DNA of 64,000 nt from Gemmatimonadota bacterium (GTDB taxonomy: Bacteria > Gemmatimonadota > Gemmatimonadetes > Gemmatimonadales > GWC2-71-9). Shown piece by piece: positions 46,926 through 56,829 of this stretch. The position numbers and the translations under genes are program-made. The stretch spans positions 5,232 through 69,231 of the forward strand of contig JADJPD010000018.1 of the NCBI GenBank assembly GCA_016713435.1, given 5' to 3'. How positions within the stretch are numbered: position 1 is the first letter of the stretch; every line of letters begins with the position of its first letter. The notes under the pieces were generated by a model that was not told the DNA's origin, ran no database searches, and worked only from the letters and a program-made list of their open reading frames with translations.

Positions 46926-48342
46926 TCACCGCCACCCGGTTCCGCCCCGCCTGCTTGGCCTCGTACAGCGCGCGGTCCGCCCGCTCGGCCAGCTCGGCCA
47001 GGTTGGTGGTGCCGGCGGCGCACACGGCCACGCCGACGCTTGCCCCCACCTGCACCACGCGGTCCCCGCCCAGGTCGATGGGCCGGGCGCACGCCGCCAC
47101 CACCTTGGCCGCCAGCACCTCGGCCCCCTTCGGGTCGCCGAGCCCCGTCTGCACGATGGCAAACTCGTCGCCGCCGAGCCGGACCACGAGGTCGTCCCTG
47201 CGGACCAGCGCCGTCAGGCGCCGCGCCACCTGGCGGAGCACCTCGTCGCCCGCGGCGTGGCCGTAGGTGTCGTTCACGGGCTTGAAGGCGTCGAGGTCAA
47301 TGTAGAGGAACGCCCAGCCATCCTTGACGCCGCGGCGACCCACCTGCCCCGCATCGAAGAGCGCCTTGAGGCGGCGGCGGTTCGGGAGCGCGGTGAGCGC
47401 GTCGGTCTCGGCGGCGTGCTGCAGGTCCTCGAGGCGGTTCCGCTCGGTGAGGTCCTGCAGGATGCCGATCATCACGCTCCCCTCCCCCACCTCGCGCGCG
47501 CGCACCTCCCCCTTGAGCTCGGCCTGGAAGGTCTCGCCGCTCTTCCGGATGCCGCGAAGGCGCAGCGCAAAGCGGGCGGCCGGCCCGTGACCGGTGAGGG
47601 CGCCGCGCACCCGGGTGCGGTCCCGCGGGCTGATGAGCGCCAGGAAGGCGTCCAGGGTCACCGGCGCCTCGGCGCGGCTCCGGAGCTGGAAGAGGGGGCC
47701 CAGCATGTCGTCGCCCCGGAAGGCGTCCTCGGCCGGGTCGTACTCCCAGCCCGCGACGGTGGCGATGCGCTTCACGTGGTCGAAGCGGCGCTCGAGGTCC
47801 CGCAGCCGTTCCAGCTCGCGCCGGCCCTGGAGCAACGACCAGAGCCGCCGGCCGACCAGGTCCACGGTGCGGATATCCTCGTCCTCGTACGGCTCGGGCT
47901 TGTTGCCGACGCCGATCAGCAGGCGGATGTGCCCCTCGACCTCGATGGGCACGCCGAGGTGGCGGTGCAGCGGGTTGTGGCCCTCGGGCAGCCCACGGCG
48001 GCCCACGGCGGTGGCGAAATCGTTGTGCACCACCGGGCAGCGCTGCCGCACCGTGTCGGCCCAGTTGCCGGCGCTCCGGACGGGGTAGTGGCGGTCGTAG
48101 GTGGCGGTGCACTGCGCCAGGGTGTCGTGCGACCAGGTGCCGAGCTCGATGGTCTCCTCGTCCTCGTTCAGGAAGTGGAGATAGGCGATCTGGCTGCCGG
48201 TGGCGCGCTGGGCGACGTCCACGCCCACCTGGATGATCTGGCGCTCGGTGGACTCCGGCCCCACGCCCGCGAGGGCGGCGAGCGCCTCGAGCTGGCGGGT
48301 CGAGTAGTCGTGCGAGGCCGGGTAATTCCCGAGCATGGACAT
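46926..48342 (-). CDS. GAF-PAS-GGDEF diguanylate cyclase (3' end undefined)
   Basis: ATG at 48342. DALTALPNRR...IDLDAFKPVNDTYGHAAGDEVL...RLGGDEFAIV...RADRALYEAKQAGRNRVAV. The frame then runs into the C-tract (poly-Pro) with no stop until 46216. Confidence 0.75.
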
Positions 48343-48677
48343 CCCCTTCCTGGCCCGGCGGGCATGCTGCCTGATCCGAGCATCGGCGCTGGCGCGGGGG
48401 AGGTAAAGCGGAGGGGGCCGGGCGTACGTCAGGCGACCGAAATCCGCCTTGCTGCGCGCCAGCTTCATTGCTGATCGTTGCGACGGGTGGCCCCGTCGCG
48501 TGCGTAGAAATATAGGCATTCTGCCGGGGAACAAAGAGGCCTCGTTGAACTCGGGATGCACCAGCCTGTGAGTGGCGCCCCCCGGCTTCCTGCACCTGTG
48601 GGGGCCTTGCTACTATCCCACAGCGGGCGGATGCGCCCGGGACCCCGTCGTTCTCCCCCTTCACGGACTGGCGACCC

Positions 48678-49016
48678 ATGAGCAGCGCGATGGTGCGGGT
48701 GGTGATCACCTACGTGGCCCGGCCGGGCCAGGCCGAGCGGATGCGGCAGGAACTGACGGCGCTGATCGAGACGGTGGTGCGCACCGAGCCCGACTGCGGC
48801 GGGATCCACCTCCTGGTGGACGCGGCCGACCCCAACCGGATCCTCCTCATCGAGTACTGGACCAGCGCGGACGCCTTCACCGGCCCCCACCTGACCACCC
48901 CGCACCTGACCGCCTTCCGCGCACGCGCGGCGGAGTTCATTGCCGGGCCGCCGGAGGTGACCTACTGGGACGAGACCGCGGCGTTCTTCGCCAAGGGCAA
49001 GGGCCTGACCCTCTAG
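48678..49016 (+). CDS. antibiotic-biosynthesis-monooxygenase (ABM) family protein
   Basis: VVITYVARPGQAERM...ILLIEYWTSADAFTGPH. Confidence 0.65.
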   Translation: MSSAMVRVVITYVARPGQAERMRQELTALIETVVRTEPDCGGIHLLVDAADPNRILLIEYWTSADAFTGPHLTTPHLTAFRARAAEFIAGPPEVTYWDETAAFFAKGKGLTL

Positions 49017-49052
49017 CCTCCGCTCGTTGCCCCCGCATGGCCGGGGTCGGCC

Positions 49053-49577
49053 ATGACCGGCCCGCCACAAGCGAACCCGGACCAGCGCACGCCATTGCCG
49101 ACGCCACTCTGGGCCCGTGCCACCCTGGCCGCCGCCCTGCTGCCCGGCATGGTGGCGGGGATCATCCCCGCCTGGCTTCTCCGCCGGTCCCCGGGCCCCG
49201 CCCTGCCCCTCGGCCCCTTCTACTGGCTCGGCCTCCCCCTCGGGGGCGCCGGCCTTGGGGTGCTCCTGGTGACCATCGTGGCGTTCGCCACCCGCGGCCA
49301 CGGGACGCTGGCGCCCTGGGATGCGCCGACCGCCCTGGTGCATGGCGGCCTCTACCGCCGCACCCGCAATCCCATGTATCTCGGGGTGCTCGGCCTGTTG
49401 CTCGGCCAGGCGCTCTGGTGGGCGTCGGGTGGGTTGCTGCTCTATGCGCTCGCGATCGCCGCGGCGTTCCAGGTGCGGGTGATCGGCTACGAGGAGCCCG
49501 CCCTGGCGCGGCAGTTCGGTGCGGCCTATGCGGACTACCGGCGCAGCGTGCCGCGCTGGCTGCCGCGCCTCCGGTGA
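49053..49577 (+). CDS. isoprenylcysteine carboxyl/phospholipid methyltransferase-family membrane protein
   Basis: LVHGGLYRRTRNPMYLGVLGLLLGQAL...EEPALARQFGAAYADYRRSVPRWLP. Confidence 0.75.
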   Translation: MTGPPQANPDQRTPLPTPLWARATLAAALLPGMVAGIIPAWLLRRSPGPALPLGPFYWLGLPLGGAGLGVLLVTIVAFATRGHGTLAPWDAPTALVHGGLYRRTRNPMYLGVLGLLLGQALWWASGGLLLYALAIAAAFQVRVIGYEEPALARQFGAAYADYRRSVPRWLPRLR

Positions 49578-49688
49578 CGGGGCGCACACGCCACTCCTTG
49601 GGGCCGCACGGGGCGAGAATCCCTGACAGGGCGCTGCGTTGATCGGGTGAAGGGCCGCACCGGCGGCCCCAACCCCACGGAGGATTCC

Positions 49689-49832
49689 ATGTCGCGCTCG
49701 CCCCGGCCGTTCCGCTCGCAGTGGTCCGTGCTCCTGGTGCTCGCCGCCCTCGTCCTGACGGCCGCCGCCTGTTTCGGCAGCGACTCGAACGGCCCGAGTG
49801 ACTACTGCGCGGAGAATCCCGAGAACTGCTGA
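49689..49832 (+). CDS. small lipoprotein
   Basis: ATG at 49689. LLVLAALVLTAAAC lipobox. 47 aa. Confidence 0.35.
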   Translation: MSRSPRPFRSQWSVLLVLAALVLTAAACFGSDSNGPSDYCAENPENC

Positions 49833-49965
49833 GCGGCGACGGGGCCCCGCCCCCGCGTACCGTACCGGCCCCGGGGCTCCCCCCCGGGGCCGTCGCCCAT
49901 CCGGGGCCGGTTGGCCCCCCGCTCCCCGGCTGGTATCTTCGGGGAGCCCGTTCCCGATCGAGCCC

Positions 49966-50463
49966 GTGGATCGCCTGCGCCTCACCCCCAAGGGCCAGTA
50001 CTTCTGGCCCCTCTTGCTCACCGTGTTCCTGACCGACTGCGCCACCAAGGCCGTGGCGGAGCGGAGCCTCGCCCCCGCCCACGTCCCGCACGAGGTGCTG
50101 GGCGACGTGGTGCGGTTTACGCTGGCCTACAACACCGGCGCCGCCATGAGCCTCTCCCTCGGCGAGCACTCCCGCGTGCTGCTGGTGGTGGTGAGCACCC
50201 TGGCGCTGGCCGGCCTCGGCATGTGGTACCGCCGGCTCCACCCGGAGGCGATCAGCACCGGGATGGCGCTGGCCCTGATCGCCGCCGGCGCCGCCGGCAA
50301 CCTCTGGGACCGGCTCCGCACCCACCGTGGCGTGGTGGACTTCATCGACGTCGGGCTCGGCGACTGGCGCTTCTACATCTTCAACGTCGGCGACGTGGCC
50401 ATCACCATCGGCGCCGTCTGGCTCGCAGTGCTGTTGTCGCGGCCCCAGCCGCTGGACGGCTGA
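49966..50463 (+). CDS. lspA: lipoprotein signal peptidase II
   Basis: GTG at 49966. TDCATKAVAE...FTLAYNTGAAMSL...AGAAGNLWDRL...VVDFIDVG...IFNVGDVAITIG. Confidence 0.85.
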   Translation: MDRLRLTPKGQYFWPLLLTVFLTDCATKAVAERSLAPAHVPHEVLGDVVRFTLAYNTGAAMSLSLGEHSRVLLVVVSTLALAGLGMWYRRLHPEAISTGMALALIAAGAAGNLWDRLRTHRGVVDFIDVGLGDWRFYIFNVGDVAITIGAVWLAVLLSRPQPLDG

Positions 50464-50494
50464 GGTCGCGCCGGACCCCTCTCCCCCCATCCCC

Positions 50495-51715
50495 ATGCGT
50501 CTGCCGTCCCTCTTCCTCGCCCTCCTGACCCTCGGGATGGGCGCGCGGCCGGGCCTCGCCCAGGCGGCGCCCTGCTGCACCGTCACCCTGCAGGTCACCG
50601 TCCCCGCCAACGTGGACACCGTGTACCTCGCCGGCAGCCTGCCCGCCCTCGGCGGCTGGCGGCCGGACGGGCTGGCGCTCCAGGGCACCGGCACGGCGCG
50701 CACGGCTTCACTCACGGTGCCGCCGGGGACGGCGTTCGAGTACAAGTTCACGCTCGGCACCTGGGCCCGTGAGGCGCTGACCTTCGCCGGCGTGGTCCCA
50801 CCCAACCACCGGCTCACCGTCGCGCGCGACACCACCGTGCGCCACGTGGTGGAGGACTTCAAGAAGCCCGTCGAGGCCTACATCGCCGACTGGCAGGGCT
50901 CAGGCGTGAAGGGCCGCCTGGTGTACTGGACCGACTTCCCCTCCGCCGTCCTCGGCATCCCCCGCCACGTCGAGGTGTGGCTGCCACCCGGCTACGACCG
51001 CTCGGGCTCCCGCCGCTATCCCGTCCTCTACATGAGCGACGGGCAGAACCTGTTCGACCCGCGCATCGCCAATACCGGCGTGGACTGGGGCGTGGACGAG
51101 GCCGTGGTGCGGCTGGTGGAACGGGGGGTGATCCCGCCGGTAATCGTGGTCGGGGCGTGGAGCACCAACCGCCGCGGTCCCGAGTACAACCCCTGGGGCG
51201 AGGCGGACAAGTACGCCCGCTTCCTGACCGACGAGCTGATGCCCCGGGTGAACCGGGAGTTCCGGACCAGGACCGGGCCCGCCAACACCGCCGTGATGGG
51301 CTCCTCGATGGGCGGGCTGCTCTCCTTCTACCTGGTGAGCCGCCATCCCGACGTGTTCGGCGCCTGCGGCTGCGTCTCCACGCACTTCCCGCTCTCCGAG
51401 GCGGTCGTGGCGCGCTTCTTCGGCTCACCGACCTCGGAAACCGCCGACACCACGCCCTACATCCTCCGCGACATCGCCGCGGGGTTCACGGTGCCGAAGG
51501 GCACGCGCTACTGGTTTGACTACGGCACCACCACGCTCGACTCGCTGTACGGCCCCACCCACGCCGAGGTCCGCGCCTGGCTGCTCCGGCAGGGGCTCCG
51601 GGAAGGCCGCGACTTCGTGGTGCGGGCCTACCCCGGCGCGGCGCACAACGAGGCCTCGTGGCGGGCCCGGCTCGAGGATCCGCTCACCTTCCTCTTCGGA
51701 AAGCAGGCGCGCTAA
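50495..51715 (+). CDS. CBM20-like starch-binding module fused to a putative esterase (esterase D/enterochelin-esterase fold)
   Basis: Signal, then VTLQVTVPANVDTVYLAGSLPALGGWRPDG...FEYKF (CBM20-like), then YPVLYMSDGQNLF...GSSMGGLLS. Confidence 0.7.
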   Translation: MRLPSLFLALLTLGMGARPGLAQAAPCCTVTLQVTVPANVDTVYLAGSLPALGGWRPDGLALQGTGTARTASLTVPPGTAFEYKFTLGTWAREALTFAGVVPPNHRLTVARDTTVRHVVEDFKKPVEAYIADWQGSGVKGRLVYWTDFPSAVLGIPRHVEVWLPPGYDRSGSRRYPVLYMSDGQNLFDPRIANTGVDWGVDEAVVRLVERGVIPPVIVVGAWSTNRRGPEYNPWGEADKYARFLTDELMPRVNREFRTRTGPANTAVMGSSMGGLLSFYLVSRHPDVFGACGCVSTHFPLSEAVVARFFGSPTSETADTTPYILRDIAAGFTVPKGTRYWFDYGTTTLDSLYGPTHAEVRAWLLRQGLREGRDFVVRAYPGAAHNEASWRARLEDPLTFLFGKQAR

Positions 51716-53591
51716 TGCCGTCCCGCTCGTTCCGCTGGCTGGCGCTGGCCGCGCTCCTCCCCGCGTGCGGCGGCAAGCCCGCCGCCGCCTCCGGCCGCCG
51801 ACGTGAACCTGGCGCCGCCCAAGTGGGCGCAGGAGGTGATCTGGTACCAGATCTTCCCCGAGCGCTTCCGGAACGGCGACCCGTCGAACGACCCCACTCT
51901 CTCCGACATCAAGGACTTCACCCCCGACCCCGCGCCCGCCCACTGGGCGGTGACGCCGTGGGGCTGGGACTGGTACAAGCAGGAGCCGTGGGCCGCCGCC
52001 ACCGGCAAGGACTTCTACGGCACCATCCAGTGGCGCCGCTACGGCGGCGACCTGCAGGGCGTCCTCGACAAGCTCGACTACCTGCAGTCGCTCGGCGTCA
52101 CCGGCATCTACCTGAACCCGATCAACGACTCCCCCTCCCTCCACAAGTACGACGCGCGGAGCTACGCCCACGTGGACCGGAACTTCGGCCCCGACCCGCG
52201 CGGCGACGCCGAGATCATCGCGCGGGAGGACATCCCCGCCCCGACACCTGGGGCTGGTCGGCGGCGGACAGCCTGTTCCTCAAGCTCGTGGCCGAGGTGC
52301 ACCGGCGGGGGATGCGGATCATCCTCGATTACTCGTGGAACCACACGGGGGTGAACTTCCCCGCCTGGCGGGACCTGGTGGCGAAGCAGCGGCAGTCAGC
52401 GTTCGCGGACTGGTACGAGGTGGCGCAGTTCGACGACCCGGCGACCCCGGACACCAACGAGTTCCGTTACAAGGGGTGGGTGGGCGTGAAGTCGCTGCCC
52501 GAGTGGAAGAAGATCGGGCGGCCGGAGGGAAAGGACCACGGCGCCATCGAAGGCAACATGCCGCCCGGGGTGCACACGCTGGTGTATGCGGTGACGAAGC
52601 GCTGGCTGGACCCCAACGGTGACGGCGACCCGTCCGACGGCATCGACGGCTTCCGCCTCGACGTGGCCGAGATGGTGCCGCTCGGCTTCTGGCGGGAGTA
52701 CCGGCGCTTTGTCCGGGGCATCAACCCCGAGGCCTTCCTGGTGGGCGAGGTGTGGTTCGAGAAGTGGCCGCTCATGTACGAGCCACAGCCCTGGCTCCAG
52801 GGCGACATCTTCGACGCCGTGATGAACTACCGCTGGTTCTCGGTGGCACGCCGGCTCTTTGGCCCCGGCGAGGTGCCGCTGACGCCGTCGGGCTTCGTGA
52901 AGGCGCTCGACTCGATCGCCAGCGGCATCCCCGCCGCGCAGCTGGAAGACGATGATGAACCTGACAGCGAGCCACGACACGCCGAGGTTCTCCGACCTCG
53001 ATGTACAACTTGGGGATCTTCAAGTACCAGGTCACCCCGCGCGACCTCCCCACCTACAAGCTGGGCCGCCCCGACGCGGCCACGTGGGCGCGGGCCACGC
53101 AGCTGCTGGTGCACCAGTTCACCTGGGACGGCGCCCCCACCATCTGGAACGGCGACGAAGTCGGCATGTGGGGCGCCGACGACCCCGACGAGCGGAAGCC
53201 GGTGGTCTGGGCCGACATCCCCGCCGAGGACGAGGTGAGCGACCCCTTCCACCGCCCGCATCCGCGCGACCGGGTGGCCCCCGACACGGCGCTCTTCCGC
53301 ACCTACCAGGTGCTCACGCGCATGCGGAAGGGCCATCTCCGGCTCTTCGTGGACGGCGCCACCAGCTGGCTCGTGACCAACGACACCACCGGCGCCCTGG
53401 CCTACGACCGGGTGCTCGGCGACCAGCGCGCGGTGGTGCTCTTCAACGTGTCGGACGCGCCGGGCGAGGTGATGGTGCCCGCGAGAGGGCGCTACACCCG
53501 GGCCTTCCCCGGGCCGGACAGCCTGCTCGCGGAGGGGAGCTTCATCCGGGCGCTGCCGGCGCGGGGGGCGGAGGTGTGGATCAGGGAGTAG
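51716..53591 (+). pseudogene. GH13 alpha-amylase-family lipoprotein (neopullulanase/cyclomaltodextrinase-like), at least 3 apparent frameshifts
   Basis: Lipobox LLPAC. VIWYQIFPERFRNGDPSND, GGDLQGVLDKLDYLQSLGVTGIYLNPI, RIILDYSWNHTG, GIDGFRLDVAEMV, FLVGEVW and TIWNGDEVGMWG are spread over three frames. Confidence 0.75.
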
Positions 53592-55270
53592 CGAGCAGCA
53601 CGAGGGTGGCGGGGGTGCGGAGCACCGCCTTGCCGCCCTGCACCTTGGTCACGGTGCCCGTATAGGCATCCACCAGCGCGGCACCATCGGGAAAGAGCCC
53701 GCCGACCGGGATGGCCTTCTCGCCCTCGGGCTGGTCGAGCGCGACGATCACGGTGTCCGTGTCGAGCGTGCGCGCAAAGACCAGGGGCGCCGCCTGCAGC
53801 TCGCGGTGCGCGCCCGCGCCGACGGCGGGATGCGCCTTCCGGAACATCCCGAGCTTCCGCCAGTGCGCCAGCACCACGGGGGCGCGGGCGCCGCGGGCGA
53901 GGTCGGCCCAGTTCATCGGGGAGCGGAGGTTGGCGTCGCCGTTGGCACCCGGGACCTGGAGCGGACGTGCGGTCTCGTCGCCGTAGTAGATCTGGGCGCC
54001 GCCGGGCGCCAGCAGCAGCCTGGTGCCGGTGCCGAGGGGATCGGTGCGGTCCTTGTCGAGCGGCCCGCCGTCGTCGTGCGAGCTCACGTAGTTGAGCACG
54101 GCGACCCCCTGGAGCGGGCCGGTGGTGAGGCTCTGGGCGTAGGCGGTGTAGCGGGCGCCGAGGCTGTCGCGCGCCTGCCACTTGAAGTCGAAGTTGATCA
54201 GCGCGTCGTAGCCGTGCGCGAAGTAGTCCACCTTCCGGTCGCCGAAGTCGTACGTCCGCCCGGCGCCGAGCCCGTAGCCGTAGACCTCCCCCACCACGTA
54301 GAAGGGCAGGCTGTCGAGCACCTGCGCGGGGTTGGCCGCCTTCCAGTCGGCGAAGGCGCGGTCCGCCTCGTGCCGCAGCTCGAGGGCCACCGCCTCCTCG
54401 AAGTGCTTGGCGGTGTCGATGCGGTAGCCGTCGATGCCGAACTCCCGCACCCAGTCGGTGAGCCACTTGATGAAGTAGTAGCGCGGCGCCCTCGGGTGAC
54501 CGGTCCGCCGGAAGAACGCGTCCAGCGAGGCCTGCTCCGCCTCCAGCCGTCCCTCGGCCGTCCACTTGGCCACCAGCATCTCCGGCAGCTCCACGGGCGC
54601 GTCGCTCTCGGTGCGGACGTCGGGCAGCGTGGGCACCAGGGTGCAGTCGGTGGCGGTGGCGTAGTCCTTGTAGGTGCACTGCGGCGTGGTGCGCATCCAT
54701 GCCTCGCCCCACGCGGGATCCTCGGGGGTGACGGGGCCAGGTGGTTGATCACCGCGTCCATGAGGACGCGGATCTTGTGGGCGTGCGCGGCGGCGACGAA
54801 GGCACGGAGGTCGTCCCTGGTGCCGAGGGCCGGGTCCACCGCGGTCCAGTCGCGGGCCCAGTAGCCGTGGTAGCCGTAGGTCTTCCCGGTGCCTTCGTCC
54901 ACGGCGCCGTGCACCTGCTCCACGAACGGGGTGAGCCAGATGGCGTCCACGCCGAGGGAGTCGAAGTAGCCGGCGTTGACCTTCTCGGTGAGGCCCTTCA
55001 GGTCCCCGCCCTCGAAGTTCCGCAACCTGGCGCCGTCCTTCTTCCGGCCGAGGGCGCCATCGTTGGACGGGTCGCCGTTGGCGAAGCGGTCGGTGAGCAG
55101 GAAGTAGATGGTGGCGCTGTTCCAGTAGCGCGCGGCCGCCGGCGTGGTGGCGTAGGCCGCGGGTGCCACCCGTGCGCCGGCCTCCGGGGCCGGCGCGGGC
55201 CGGGAGCAGCCGGCGGCGAGGAGCGCCGCCAGCGCGATCAGGCCTGCGTCTTGGGGAAGCCGGGATGCCA
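53581..55270 (-). CDS. GH13 alpha-amylase lipoprotein, apparent frameshift near 54735
   Basis: Lipobox LLAAGC. IYFLLTDRFANGDPSND, GGDLKGLTEKV..LGVDAIWLTP, RVLMDAVINH | GIDGYRIDTAKH, VVGEVYG, SSHDD. Confidence 0.8.
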
Positions 55271-56821
55271 TACGGTCTTGGCCTCGTCGTCCTTGTCGTC
55301 CACGCGCAGGGTGAGGAGCGCGGCGATGATCAGCGACCCGCCGCCGATGGCGAGCGCATAGATGGCCTCGCCGCCGAAGAAGCGCTTCACCAGGAAGCCG
55401 AGCAGCGCGGCGGCCACGATCTGCGGGATCACGATGAAGAAATTGAAGACGCCCATGTAGTAGCCCATCTTCGACGGCGGCAGCGAGCCCGTCAGGATGG
55501 CGTACGGCATGGCCAGGATGCTGGCCCATGCCACGCCGACCCCCACCATGGAGAGCAGGAGGTAGGTGGGGTCGGTGAGCATGAAGATGGAGAGGAGGCC
55601 GAGGGCCCCCGCCACCAGACAGACGGCGTGCGCCATCTTGCGGCTGGTGCGCGCCGCCAGCACCGGGATGAGGAACGCCACGAGGGCGGCGACGCCGTTG
55701 TAGGCGCCGAAGCCCACGCCCACCCAGTTGGCGCCCTCGTTGTAGAGGGCGCTCGCGGTGTCGGTGGTGTGGTAGAGGTGCTTGGTGACCGCCGGCGTGG
55801 TGTAGATCCACATGGCGAAGAGCGCGAACCAGGAGAAGAACTGCACCCACGCCAGCTGCTTCATGGTGGCGGGCATGTCCTGGAAGTCGTTCAGGATGGT
55901 CACGAAGCCGTTGTCGTACCTGCCGCCCTGCTGCATCACGCCGCTCAGGATGAGCAGCAATCCCATCACGGCGATGCCGACGGGGAGGATCATCAGCTCC
56001 CGCTGGTGCAGCGTGGTGACCGCCGCGCTGAGCGCGGCCCCGAGCAGGAACACCCCCGTGCCCACCTTCACCTGCTTCCCGCCGTTGGCCGCGAACTCGG
56101 CCGGCGTGCGCCGCTCCGGGGTCTCCCCTTCCCGCTCCCGGTTCTCCTCGAAGCTCGCCATGTCCTCGGGCGAGTACTCCTTGCTCCGGAACACCGTCCA
56201 GAGCACCGCGGCAAAGAAGGTGGCGCCGCCCAGGTAGAACGACCAGCGCACCGAGTCGGGGATCATCCCCGGAGGCGCCTCGTTGCTGACGCCGAAGCGG
56301 GTGGTGAGGAGCCACGGCAGGATGGACGCCGTGACCGCCCCGGTGCCGATGAGGAAACTCTGCATGGCGAAGCCGGTGGTGCGCTGCTCCGACGGCAGGT
56401 TGTCGCCCACGAAGGCGCGGAACGGCTCCATGCTGATGTTGATGGAGGCGTCCATCATCCAGAGCAGTCCCGCCGCCATCCAGAGCGCCGCGCTGTTGGG
56501 CATCGCGAAGAGGGCAATGGAGGCGAGGATGGCGCCCACCAGGAAGTAGGGGCGGCGGCGGCCCAGCCGGTTCCACGTCCGGTCGCTCAGGTAGCCCACC
56601 ACGGGCTGCACCAGCAGGCCGGTGACGGGGGCCGCGATCCACAGGATGGGGATCTCCTCGACCTTGGCGCCGAGCGTCTCGAAGATCCGGCTCACGTTGG
56701 CGTTCTGCAGCGCGAAGCCGATCTGGATGCCGAGGAAGCCGAAGCTCATGTTCCAGATTTCCCAGAACGAGAGCCGCGGCTTGCTGCGGGTGCCGAGGGC
56801 GGCGGTGGCGGTGGTGGCCAT
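55238..56821 (-). CDS. MFS/GPH-type sugar (maltose/sucrose-like) transporter
   Basis: 12-TM pattern. VQPVVGYLSDRTWNRLGRRRPY is typical of SLC45/GPH-type sugar:H+ symporters. Confidence 0.8.
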   Translation of the reverse strand: MATTATAALGTRSKPRLSFWEIWNMSFGFLGIQIGFALQNANVSRIFETLGAKVEEIPILWIAAPVTGLLVQPVVGYLSDRTWNRLGRRRPYFLVGAILASIALFAMPNSAALWMAAGLLWMMDASINISMEPFRAFVGDNLPSEQRTTGFAMQSFLIGTGAVTASILPWLLTTRFGVSNEAPPGMIPDSVRWSFYLGGATFFAAVLWTVFRSKEYSPEDMASFEENREREGETPERRTPAEFAANGGKQVKVGTGVFLLGAALSAAVTTLHQRELMILPVGIAVMGLLLILSGVMQQGGRYDNGFVTILNDFQDMPATMKQLAWVQFFSWFALFAMWIYTTPAVTKHLYHTTDTASALYNEGANWVGVGFGAYNGVAALVAFLIPVLAARTSRKMAHAVCLVAGALGLLSIFMLTDPTYLLLSMVGVGVAWASILAMPYAILTGSLPPSKMGYYMGVFNFFIVIPQIVAAALLGFLVKRFFGGEAIYALAIGGGSLIIAALLTLRVDDKDDEAKTVWHPGFPKTQA

Positions 56822-56829
56822 GGGGTGCC

